From the NCBI GenBank assembly GCA_032251435.1, contig JAVVEH010000016.1, forward strand, positions 14,035 to 78,034: a stretch of 64,000 nt of DNA, in the 5' to 3' direction. Positions 19,000-28,249 of this stretch are shown here, in pieces; positions within the stretch are counted from its first letter, which is position 1; every line of letters starts with the position of its first letter. Made by a program: the position numbers and the translations under genes. The notes below the pieces were generated by a model. The model was not told the origin of the DNA, made no database searches, and worked only from the letters and a program-made list of their open reading frames with translations. This DNA comes from Lentisphaeria bacterium (GTDB lineage: Bacteria; Verrucomicrobiota; Lentisphaeria; Oligosphaerales; MVZH01).

Positions 19000-19298
19000 T
19001 CTCGCTGCATATGTTCTTTATCGCCGCACGTAATCGATTCTTATCCACTGTCTTTGCTTTTCTTTTTTAGAAAAGTACGCACTTGCCGGATGAACCTTTT
19101 TTTATTCCGCCGGGCGATGCCCGGGGAAAACACAGCGAGGGCGATGCCCGCAACCCAAACGTGGATCGTTGGTTGCGGATCGTAAGTCGGATTTTTCTTG
19201 TTTAAAAACAAGGTTTAGGTTTATTTCGCACGAGTCTTTCAGCTCCCTGCACAAGTCAGGAATTATGCAATTACGGAATTGAATTCCTTTATTACATA

Positions 19299-19986
19299 GA
19301 TATGTCGAAAGAGATGTCCGCCAGTTGATTCAGTTGAAAGATATTTCTTTATTTGAGAAACTGTTGAAGCTTCTGGCCGGAAGAATCGGGCAGCTGATGG
19401 ACTACAGCTCCTTGGCCAATGATGTGGGCGTGGATGCGAAAACGATTCAAAGTTGGATTTCAATTCTGGAGGCTTCATTTATCCTCTTCAAACTCCCTCC
19501 CCATTTTGAAAATTTTGGCAAACGGACGATCAAGGCGCCAAAATACTATTTCACTGAAATCGGCCTGCTTTGTTTTCTTCTGGGCATCCGGAAACCCGAA
19601 CAAATTCGAAGAGATCCACTCGTGGGCAATATCGTTGAAAATCTGGTTGTTGTCGAGTGCCTAAAAGCCAGGTACAACCAAGGGGCTATGCCGGATCTTT
19701 ATTTTTCCGTGACACGAATGGAAATGAGGTCGATCTTATGTTTCAGGACGGCAGGGAGTTGGTGCCTGTTGAAATAAAATCCGCCAGCACATTTTCGTTT
19801 TCTCAGCTCAAGGGATTGGATCGGTTTAAGAAAACGTCGAATGCGGTAAGGAAATCCTTTCTTGTTTACAATGGAGAGAACAGGAAGCTGAGTGACAATA
19901 CGACGGTCATTAATTTTACGAGTGTCAACAGTATTTTTGATGAGAATGAATCGTTTCCACAGCCATCTCATAGGACGGCGGAATAA
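19299..19986 (+). pseudogene. AAA+ ATPase/DUF4143 family remnant (5' truncated, frameshifted)
   Basis: Begins at YVERDVRQLIQLKD with no Walker A. It has KAPKYYFTEIGL and ENLV, then a frameshift in a T-run near 19700 continuing as FRDTNGNEVDL...VEIKS. Confidence 0.85.
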
Positions 19987-20016
19987 AAGGGGCGGGGGCG
20001 TTTTCCGCCCCCGCCC
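19985..20016 (-). terminator. Intrinsic terminator-like hairpin
   Basis: Minus strand gggcgggggcg-gaaaa-cgcccccgccc followed by cttttat, between convergent genes. Confidence 0.6.
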
Positions 20017-20173
20017 ACATGGACAATGCGGTGCTTTAACCCGCGCGGGCTATTTTCTCCGCCGGCCCTGGCGCGCCATAGCGACCCAGCGGGGTCATCT
20101 TCTTTTCCCGCTCCGAACATGATGCGACTGATCCGTTAGCCAATGACCTATCCAGTCTCATAAGAGCTCCCTA

Positions 20174-21652
20174 TCAAGCGGAGCGACTGCGGCGGCGCAG
20201 GGTCAGACCCGCCAGGCCTAGGCCGGCGAGGATTGCGGTCGAGGGTTCGGGGATGTAGGTGAATCCGGCGATTTCAATAGCCGTGCCGGTGGCCGTGATG
20301 GTCAGTCCCGACAAGTCAAACTTCGAGCCGTTAACAGGGGTGAGCACTGTGAAGTAACCTGCGACGTTACCTGCGAGGGGGTTGCCCAGGCTGTCCTCCA
20401 ATGTGGTGTATTGAAACAGGCCGAAGGTATCCGTCGCCGCGATCTCCGGGAAACCCAGAGGCAGGATATTGAGATTGACGGTTCCGCCGTTGGGAAGGAC
20501 CAGGGTGCCGTTCACATCGATCAAGTCGGCGCTGGAGGCGCTGGCAAATTCCCAGTCGTAGGTGGAGCCGTCGGCGAACGTTGCCGGGCCGGCGTCAACC
20601 GTGATCTCGCCAATGCTGCTGCCGGGAGCGACTTTTCCATCTACCGTCAGAGCGCCCGTTATTGTGCCATTGCCGTTCAGGATGCCTTCGGGGCCGATGG
20701 TGAGACCGGTAGCCACGGTCAGGTTTGAATCCACGACCAAAGTGCTCGACTGGGTTTCACCGACGGTTACCGAGTTGGACGTGAATGGGGCGCCGACCGT
20801 AACCACGCTGCCAGCCGTGTCGATGACCATGTTCCTGTCGGTTGCCAAAGGGCCGCTCCAGTTCTCATCGGTCCACACGCCGCTGCCACCACCCCAAACA
20901 AGTGGCGGGATCTCAGTTACGACAACGCCTGTAAAATAACTACTGGTATCTGTCCATGTGATGGTCTCATAATCGCCCGCATCGGCAAAATTCATTTCAA
21001 ATACGAAATGTTCAGCTCTAGCACTACCACCGTTCCGAACCGGCTGGGTGAATTGGGCCATCGTGACATCCCCTAGAATGCCGTCAGTATCCGTCATTGT
21101 GGCATTGACATCGATAGCACTGGCCCAATAGCCCATGATGATCCAGGCAGTCCCGGCTGACAGCGTGCTGATGTTGAGAGATCCACCGTGCGGGGAACCA
21201 TTGTCACCCCCTGTAACGATGGCAGGATCGACACTGGGATCCATAGCTTCCGTCCAGAGGTTGAGTTGGCCGCGGGTCCCAGCGTTGTTGAAGGCGATTT
21301 CATTAACCACGCTGGCAGCACCTTTATAGTCGCCATCGATGAATTCGTAGTCAACGACGGTGCCGGTCAGGTCAGCGACCAAAGCCCCAGACTCATCCTT
21401 CAAAAACGCATTGGAATTGTTCATGGAAGCGCTCCATGCTGCTAAGGTATTTCCGTCGTCGACAAAAGTTGATGAGTCGACACTAATTGTCGCGGCATGG
21501 GTTGAAGTTGATGTAATTGCGGCAAAAAGCACTGCGACGAGAAAAAACAAGCTGTGTTTGGCGGTAGACAGATTCATAATGGATTCCTTTCTTTCGACTC
21601 CGTTTTTCTGGGTTGCGCAATTCACGGTCATTGTGCTTATGAAGCTCATCAT
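20174..21652 (-). CDS. PEP-CTERM surface protein
   Basis: Signal peptide; C-terminal IPEPSTAILAGLGLAGLTLRRRSRSA; G..VAPGSSIG autotransporter-like cap. Confidence 0.9.
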   Translation of the reverse strand: MMSFISTMTVNCATQKNGVERKESIMNLSTAKHSLFFLVAVLFAAITSTSTHAATISVDSSTFVDDGNTLAAWSASMNNSNAFLKDESGALVADLTGTVVDYEFIDGDYKGAASVVNEIAFNNAGTRGQLNLWTEAMDPSVDPAIVTGGDNGSPHGGSLNISTLSAGTAWIIMGYWASAIDVNATMTDTDGILGDVTMAQFTQPVRNGGSARAEHFVFEMNFADAGDYETITWTDTSSYFTGVVVTEIPPLVWGGGSGVWTDENWSGPLATDRNMVIDTAGSVVTVGAPFTSNSVTVGETQSSTLVVDSNLTVATGLTIGPEGILNGNGTITGALTVDGKVAPGSSIGEITVDAGPATFADGSTYDWEFASASSADLIDVNGTLVLPNGGTVNLNILPLGFPEIAATDTFGLFQYTTLEDSLGNPLAGNVAGYFTVLTPVNGSKFDLSGLTITATGTAIEIAGFTYIPEPSTAILAGLGLAGLTLRRRSRSA

Positions 21653-21897
21653 TTGTCTCCTTTGGCTGTGGATCGTGTGCGTTTGTGTGCGGATCCTGGG
21701 TTGTATCGCTTGTGACTAAGTTAACACAAGTTATCCTGCCAAACATCCAATGCCAACACAGATTTGTTCCAAGTGTGTCACAGATTTGTGTCAGACTTGG
21801 GTCGAAGAGGGGAGAAAAAGGGGGGAGAGGGGGGGGATTGTCGGTGTACCGACTTCAGTCGGCTCTTTATTGGGCGGGCAGCCGCCCGCCATTCCGG
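21653..21897 (-). promoter_or_regulatory. Upstream leader/promoter block shared with the second PEP-CTERM gene
   Basis: Near-identical blocks at 25700-25938: gtctcctttggctgtggatc, tcctgggttgtatcg, tgtcacagatttgtgtcagacttggg, G-run plus REP plus gggcgggcagccgcccgcc. Confidence 0.7.
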
Positions 21898-22188
21898 CAT
21901 TGGCGTAAACTTAAACGAAAACGCATTGGTGGCGAATGTCTTATGACTGATCCGCAGGATCTCTGGAGTGTCGGTCGCCTGCGACCGCTTTCAATTTTCG
22001 GGGCCCGCCCCGAATGGCTGCTCCGCCTACGGCGTGAGCAGCCTGATCTTCCTTATCGCGACGCGGAAGAGAGTCCGGGCAGGCCCGGACAATGAAAAGC
22101 TGTGGCAGGCCACAGGCACTCCAAAATGCTTCGCACAGTATCTCATCACCTTTCCCGGCAACATGTTGCGCTTAAGTTTACGCCAATG
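21898..22188. mobile_element. 291-bp non-autonomous element (IS4-like MITE/remnant)
   Basis: Perfect 17-bp terminal inverted repeats cattggcgtaaacttaa / ttaagtttacgccaatg. It interrupts a REP copy that is intact in the duplicate at about 25935. Confidence 0.7.
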
Positions 22189-22219
22189 TGCTCATGCGGG
22201 AAGAAGGTACACCCACGAA

Positions 22220-22245
22220 GAGCCGACTAAAGTCGGTACACCAAC
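22220..22245. repeat. Family-A REP-like palindrome
   Basis: gagccgactaaagtcggtacaccaac. Confidence 0.85.
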
Positions 22246-22250
22246 GGGGG

Positions 22251-22287
22251 AAAAAAGTCGGCCGGGCGCGTTTCGCGCGCCCGGCCG
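22251..22287 (-). terminator. Intrinsic terminator of the large PEP-CTERM gene
   Basis: Minus strand cggccgggcgcg-cgaaa-cgcgcccggccg followed by actttttt, about 35 nt after the stop codon. Confidence 0.75.
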
Positions 22288-22322
22288 CATCTTAGCTCAA
22301 TAACGTCCGCCCGTCCGCCCGG

Positions 22323-25300
22323 CTATTTCCGCCGACGGCGGAAGCAGAAACCCATCAGCCCCAGTCCGGCGAGGATTGCGGTCGAGGGTTCGGGGATTTT
22401 GGCGTAGGTCAGCACCAGATTGTTCGATGTCGCCGACAGCGACCAGGTTCCGCTCCAGACCGGATCGGACGTGAAGCTGCCTGTGTCAATGCTCCAGTAC
22501 GAGGCATTGAACCCGGTGATGCCGTCGGTCGTGGTCAGGATGTCCCAGGAACGGTCCTCTTCCACAAAGTTGGGCACGTCACCCGTGGCATTGCTGGCGG
22601 TCAGCGACAGCACGTCGAGAATGTAGCTGCCAGCGGTGTCACCGGTTAGGTCGAGAGTGCCGGCGATGGTGATTTGGTCGAAGTCGGTACCAGCGGTAGT
22701 CCCGATGAAATCGTTCGTTTCCCACTGATAGGTGAAGGAGTTCCATGTCTGACTTGTGCCATAGGGTTGAATGCCCGGGCTGTTGCCGGGGGCCAGGATG
22801 TCGCTGGTGGAGTCGAGGGTCACTGTGGCTCCGATGCGGCCGGTGCCGCCAATGGTGCCGCCGTTATTGGTGATCGCTCCGCCCGTGTAGGCCACGGAGG
22901 AATTATAGCGGAAGGTGCCCCCGGAGGCGATGGTCACACCGGAGGTCTGGTTGATGGTGCCGTTCCCGGAGACCAGCAGCGTGCCGCCGTTGACCGCGGT
23001 CGCGCCGGTGTAGGTGTTGTCGGCATCGAGGGTGAGGGTTCCTGCGCCGTCCTTGATGACAGAACCCGCACCGCTGATGCCGGTGGTCGAGACAGTGGTA
23101 TCGCCTGCTCCGCCAAAAGTGACGTCCCTAGTGTAAGCAGTGACTACTCCACCCGTGAGATTCAGTGAGGTTGCGGTATCCGAGTTGATGCGGGCGCCGC
23201 TCGCACCGATAGTGATCGGGCCACCATAAGTGTTACTGCCCGAGTAGTTGCGCAGGGCACCGCCGTTGGAGACGCCAACTCCGTTGAGCGAGAGGGCTTT
23301 CGTCGCGCCCACCGTGATGTCGTTGCTCAACTCGAGAGCGGCCCCAGCATTGACAGTCACCGTGCCCGTTCCCAACGCCGACTCATGAGCCATGCGAGTG
23401 GCACCCTCAAGCAAGTAGGTAGCGCCGTTGTAGGTGGTTCTCGCCTTGTTCATGATCAGCGTGCCTGCACCTGTCTTGACGAAATTGGAACTCCCGTTGG
23501 CAATCGCGACATCGAGCGTGAGAGTTCCCTGGTAAACGTTGATGCCCAAACTTTGGCCATTGCCATTTGTGGGTGACAGCAGTCCTGTGGTGCCGGTGAT
23601 CGTGTAGTTATTGTTCGCGCCACCCGCATAGAGAAGCACGCCCCCGCCGTTGCCGCCGTTGTAGTTCGCCATGACCAAATTATTGGACCCGAGATTCAGT
23701 GTCTGGTCATCCTCCGTATTCTCAATGCGCAGGGTATTCATCGCTTGGGTCGCGCTAACAGAGCCGGCTCCCAGCAATTGGTAGTTTGTGGTGCTGACAG
23801 ATCCGCTCGAAACGAAATCGGTGTATCCGTTGTATGCGGTAATCAGGCCGTCCGCCGCGTTGGTGCTGTTGATCGCCAGATGGGAACCCACGGTCGCCCA
23901 GCCGCCGAGAATACCTGTGGTGGCGTTGTTCAGGGTATCCGTTGTGGCAATACCCCCCGCAGAAAGAGAGAGCGCATTCCGGTTGTTGAAGCCGGTGATT
24001 GCATTCAAATCAATCACAGCCGTGCCGGAACTGCGGGTGATGGAATTGGCATAATAGAGTGACATCACCGTGTTATTGACCACTTCACCGTGGGATCCGC
24101 CGCTGACCTCGATCGTGCTACCGGAAAGATTGAGCGCCGCTCCATTCGCGAGCTTGGAGTCGTTGTTTGTTGAATAGTCGAGAACCAGAGTGCCGCCGCC
24201 GCTGACCGTGGTGGCGCCGGTAAAGGTGTTGTTCTGGTTGAGCACCAAGGTGCCTGCGCCGGACTTGATCAGTCCACCCGTGCCCTGGTTGAGCACCTGG
24301 TCGGCGGTGAAGGTGTTGCCAGCGGCCTGGATATCGAAGCCCACCGTCTTGTTGGAGTTGAGGGTGGCCGCATGACCCAGCCCGGAAAGCTGCGTCAGCG
24401 TCGTGCCCCTGATCTGGAGCGTGCCGCCGTCAAAGACGATGGCACCGCCGACGCCGGCGTTGGCGGAGGTCTCGATGCTCACGGTGCCGGCGGAGATGGT
24501 GGTGGCGCCGTCGTAGGTGTTGGCAGCCGTAAGGAGCAAGGTGCCGGCACCGCTCTTGTTGATCCCGGCGGCGAGGGTATCGTTGGAATTGCGGATGACA
24601 CCGGGGAGGTGGACCGTTTTGTTGTCCACCTTAATGTTGCGCGTTGCACCGTTGAGGTCGATTTTGTTGGAGATCGTCAGGTCGGAGTCGGTGGTGTCGT
24701 TCCCTGCAATGGCGGTACTGAACCTAGTCGAGTTGAGCTCAAGGGTCGCCTGGTTGAAGGAGGCGCTGCCCCAGACAATCTCCTGTGATGCATCGTTGTT
24801 GACCGTGACCACCCGGTCGGCTCCCACAGCACTGAAACCGCTGGCGCCGCCGGTGATCTGGAATTGGTCACTGCCCGTGCCGAGATTGCGCATGAAGTCA
24901 CCGGCGGCCAGTTCGATCACGCCACCATTGAGGGTCAGCGCACTGGTGCCGCCCGTGGCGCCGATACCTCCCGGCAGGGCGTTGGCGTGACTTAGCCGCA
25001 GGATGCCGCCAGTCACCTCGGTCGTGCCGGTGTAGCTGTTGCTGGCCTGGAAGTCGATCCTGCTGGTGCCACTCTTTAAAATGCCGTTGCCCCCAGCCGC
25101 CCCGGAAATGCTCCCAGTGAAATGAAATCCGGCGTTGGTGCCTGTGTTAACGCTCGTGGTCGTGATCGTGGTCGTGCCCGCGTTGAGCACGAGGCTGGGC
25201 AGCTTGAAGAAGATCGAACGTTGGTCGAAGGAATGTTTCTTGGAGTTGAGATTGATCGTTGACGTCGTGCCGTCACCGATGGTCCAGGTGGAGGCGGGAT

Positions 25301-25700
25301 CGAAAAGGATGGTGAAGCCGTTGGCGTTGTTTTGCGCATATCCGTTCAAGGTCAGCGTGTTCATCGAGAGCGTCGTCGGCACGCTTGTGATGGTCTGAGT
25401 GCCATTCGTTGTGAATTGGGTGGTTATGTCGGCAAAGAACATGAGTTCATTGCTCGAGCCAGACACGAATTGGCCGTTGGTGTCCCAGTTGGTGCCATCG
25501 GTCCAAGGCTGGTCGCCCGTTGCTTTTTCAATCCAAGTGTAGGTTGCCGCTTTTGCGCCCAACACGCCAGTGAAAAGGGCGGCAATCATAAGGGTGATAG
25601 TGGCAAGGCTCTTGCTGAAGGTGCTTGGGCTCATGATGGTCTCCTTTCTTGCTGGTCCGTTGCTGATCTCTGACTTCTGATTTCTGATGTGCTGACTCAT
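22323..25700 (-). CDS. PEP-CTERM protein with autotransporter-associated beta-strand repeats
   Basis: Multiple KxGxGTLxLxxxNTYxGxTxVxxGTL repeats; IPEPSTAILAGLGLMGFCFRRRRK. Start at ATG 25700 or 25634, both with an AAGGAG RBS. Confidence 0.9.
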   Translation of the reverse strand: MSQHIRNQKSEISNGPARKETIMSPSTFSKSLATITLMIAALFTGVLGAKAATYTWIEKATGDQPWTDGTNWDTNGQFVSGSSNELMFFADITTQFTTNGTQTITSVPTTLSMNTLTLNGYAQNNANGFTILFDPASTWTIGDGTTSTINLNSKKHSFDQRSIFFKLPSLVLNAGTTTITTTSVNTGTNAGFHFTGSISGAAGGNGILKSGTSRIDFQASNSYTGTTEVTGGILRLSHANALPGGIGATGGTSALTLNGGVIELAAGDFMRNLGTGSDQFQITGGASGFSAVGADRVVTVNNDASQEIVWGSASFNQATLELNSTRFSTAIAGNDTTDSDLTISNKIDLNGATRNIKVDNKTVHLPGVIRNSNDTLAAGINKSGAGTLLLTAANTYDGATTISAGTVSIETSANAGVGGAIVFDGGTLQIRGTTLTQLSGLGHAATLNSNKTVGFDIQAAGNTFTADQVLNQGTGGLIKSGAGTLVLNQNNTFTGATTVSGGGTLVLDYSTNNDSKLANGAALNLSGSTIEVSGGSHGEVVNNTVMSLYYANSITRSSGTAVIDLNAITGFNNRNALSLSAGGIATTDTLNNATTGILGGWATVGSHLAINSTNAADGLITAYNGYTDFVSSGSVSTTNYQLLGAGSVSATQAMNTLRIENTEDDQTLNLGSNNLVMANYNGGNGGGVLLYAGGANNNYTITGTTGLLSPTNGNGQSLGINVYQGTLTLDVAIANGSSNFVKTGAGTLIMNKARTTYNGATYLLEGATRMAHESALGTGTVTVNAGAALELSNDITVGATKALSLNGVGVSNGGALRNYSGSNTYGGPITIGASGARINSDTATSLNLTGGVVTAYTRDVTFGGAGDTTVSTTGISGAGSVIKDGAGTLTLDADNTYTGATAVNGGTLLVSGNGTINQTSGVTIASGGTFRYNSSVAYTGGAITNNGGTIGGTGRIGATVTLDSTSDILAPGNSPGIQPYGTSQTWNSFTYQWETNDFIGTTAGTDFDQITIAGTLDLTGDTAGSYILDVLSLTASNATGDVPNFVEEDRSWDILTTTDGITGFNASYWSIDTGSFTSDPVWSGTWSLSATSNNLVLTYAKIPEPSTAILAGLGLMGFCFRRRRK

Positions 25701-25957
25701 CGTCTGTCTCCTTTGGCTGTGGATCCTGCTGCGTTTTGTGTTCAGGTCCTGGGTTGTATCGGTTTCAAATCGTCTGAAGCAAACTATCCTGAAAGAAATT
25801 GAATTCAACTATGGGACTGTTCCAAAGATGTCACAGATTTGTGTCAGACTTGGGGCGTAGAGGGGAGAGGGGGGGGGATTGTCGGTGTACCGACTTCAGT
25901 CGGCTCTTTATTGGGCGGGCAGCCGCCCGCCATTCCGGCTAAAGCCGGTACACCAAC
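25700..25957 (-). promoter_or_regulatory. Second copy of the PEP-CTERM leader block including a family-A REP pair
   Basis: Matches 21653-21897; the REP ccggctaaagccggtacaccaac is intact here. Confidence 0.7.
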
Positions 25958-26200
25958 GGAAGAGCGAATCTGCGAGGGCGCGGCCCCCGATCCGAATCCC
26001 ACAGACGCGGGAAAACTGAGGGCTTGGCAGGGATTTATGAATGCAGGGATATGAAGAAAATCGAACGTCCAACGTCCAACATTGAATTAATTATTGCCCT
26101 GAGCACTGATTAATGATTTACTGATTATTGACCTAGTTTCAAGAGAGCCGGCTGACCTGTCCCGCTCATGCGGTCGTTGTTGAACGGCTTTCAGGCTGAA

Positions 26201-27427
26201 TCAAATCAACCACCAGGGGATAGCCCACACGTCTTCGCGCATACGGGTTGCCCTCTCGACGGCACAAACGAGCAGTCCCGGCATGACATGTTCTCTCGGG
26301 AAACAGTCCCTGAATGAGGCGAACCCACGGCAATCCCCGATCCCGGGATTGCTTTTGCACTTGATTTCAATCGGGTACAGCTTGCCATTGAACTCAAGAA
26401 TCAGGTCGACCTCGGCCCCCGCATATGTCCTGAAGTGATAAAGGCTGGGTCTTGCAGGCCAGTTCTGAAAGCTTTTCAGTATCTCAAGGATAACATAGGA
26501 TTCGAACAGCCGACCCTGCATCGGATGGCCGGCAATGGCTTCAGGGGCACTGATGCGTTGGAGGTAACATGCAAACCCTGTATCCATAAATACTCCCTTT
26601 CCCTTTCTCAATATGCGTTTCAGTGGATTGCGGGTGTATGCGGGAATGGTCAACCACTGATAGGTCGACTCCGCAATCTCGGTCCATGCAACGGCAGTCT
26701 TTCGATCAACCCCGAGTTCCCGGCCGAGTTGATTCTGATTGACCTCCTGTGCCGTATGCGCTGCAAGAAGCCGGATGAATGCGCCAAATGTCTGCAAGTT
26801 GCCTATGTCCGCGACCTTGCGCACGTCCCGCTCGATGTAGGTTTGCATGTATGAATCAAAGAAGGAAAACAGCATATCATCAGGAAAGGTTAACAACCTG
26901 GGATATCCCCCCCTGAATACTGCATCAAAGGCAGGAACGGAATCCTCCGACATGGCAAGATCTTCCGGCAGGGAACCATCGTGGAGCCAATCTTTTAGGA
27001 TACCGTTCTGTGTGCTGGAGTGAATCTCGCGCCGTGACATGGGCAGAAGATTCAGAATGCCGACTCTTCCCGCCAATGATTCGGACACATCCTTCAACAC
27101 AGTCAGGTTCTGAGAGCCGCTGATCACATAATGTCCGGTGCCCCCGATTTTGTCCACGCGCCGCTTGATCGCGGAGAGAAGTTCGGGCGCATATTGCACC
27201 TCGTCCAGGAACAGCGGGGGTGGATTATTCTGAAGAAAAAGGTCGGGATCCGACCGAGCCTGACCGATATCCTGAACCGGGTCAAAGGTAATTGACTTGA
27301 ACCGGTCACCAAGAATCGTTTCCACCAACGTGGTCTTGCCAACTTGGCGCGCACCCAATACGGCGACGACAGGGAAGAACTCTAGGAATTGCTCCAGACG
27401 ACTTTCAGCTAAACGAGAATGATACAT
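26201..27427 (-). CDS. AAA+ ATPase with DUF4143 and C-terminal PD-(D/E)xK-like domain
   Basis: GARQVGKTT, LDEVQ, SGS, TYIERDV, FES and EVDL...IEIK motifs. Confidence 0.9.
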   Translation of the reverse strand: MYHSRLAESRLEQFLEFFPVVAVLGARQVGKTTLVETILGDRFKSITFDPVQDIGQARSDPDLFLQNNPPPLFLDEVQYAPELLSAIKRRVDKIGGTGHYVISGSQNLTVLKDVSESLAGRVGILNLLPMSRREIHSSTQNGILKDWLHDGSLPEDLAMSEDSVPAFDAVFRGGYPRLLTFPDDMLFSFFDSYMQTYIERDVRKVADIGNLQTFGAFIRLLAAHTAQEVNQNQLGRELGVDRKTAVAWTEIAESTYQWLTIPAYTRNPLKRILRKGKGVFMDTGFACYLQRISAPEAIAGHPMQGRLFESYVILEILKSFQNWPARPSLYHFRTYAGAEVDLILEFNGKLYPIEIKCKSNPGIGDCRGFASFRDCFPREHVMPGLLVCAVERATRMREDVWAIPWWLI

Positions 27428-27514
27428 TTTTAACCTTTATTTATGGGAGCGGAACCCCCATAAGTATATATGTGAAGCCTCCGATTGCAAGATGGAACAT
27501 CATGTTTTTCCGGG

Positions 27515-27570
27515 AAGAGCCGGCTTTAGTCGGAGTTTTTCCCGTTGGTGTACCGACTTGAGTCGGAATC
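27515..27570. repeat. Family-A REP-like palindromes next to the RAYT remnant
   Basis: gagccggctttagtcgg and gttggtgtaccgacttgagtcgg; a collapsed copy cccgttggtacaccaacggg lies at about 28137. Confidence 0.8.
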
Positions 27571-27684
27571 TTTCCCGCCTTCCACCGGGAGGACGAATAA
27601 AAAAACGCGGAACCACTTGCATTCCCCACCGTAACACAATATTATATTAGCATATAGGATTGTGCAATGATGTTTTCTCGCAAC

Positions 27685-28130
27685 ATGTACTACTGGCGAC
27701 GACTTTCACCGGAAGAACGGGCGGATGTGCTGAAGCGTAGAAAAGCTCACACGGAGTTCCTATCGCCCCTTCAGGGCTCGGATATGGTCATGCACTAACC
27801 CAGGGCAAGCCCTGGGCTATTACCTGTCGGGGCGTTGCCCCTGAAAAAGGTACCTGAGTAGTTACCTCGCACTTTGTCTCGCACTTCGTCGATTTGGAGG
27901 TAGGTGGAGGTAGGTGCGAGACAAGGGTCGTCCAATCAGCCCATGGGATGGCTCTGTAAAAGTTATTGTTGAACAACCCTGTAAAGCATGGCTGGGTGAA
28001 GAAGTGGCAGGACTGCCCTTTCTCCGGGGTGCATGAGTATCTCGCGGCATATTCACGGCAGGAAGTGCTGCGCAGATGGCAGGAGTACGACATTTCGGAC
28101 ATGGGCCGGGGTTGGGATCTCGAAGCGTGA
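27685..28130 (+). pseudogene. REP-associated tyrosine (Y1/RAYT) transposase remnant
   Basis: Manual translation gives N-terminal MYYWRRLSPEERADVLKRRK and C-terminal LNNPVKHGWVKKWQDCPFSG...EVLRRWQEYDISDMGRGWD. The NPVKHG...W.D.P.S motif is typical of RAYTs. The central HUH part is missing. Confidence 0.65.
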
Positions 28131-28249
28131 AATCCCCCCGTTGGTACACCAACGGGGAGGGGCATGAGGAGCAGGGTGATGATTCAGCTGGCCATTGCGC
28201 GGCCAAAGGCAGTGCCTGATGATCCAACCCCGCAGCACCCAGTTGTCCA

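Noticed and set aside
19100-19190. Possible structured RNA upstream of the 1414-aa gene (gggcgatgccc twice)
   Set aside because: It matches no riboswitch consensus I can recognise; an Rfam scan would be needed.
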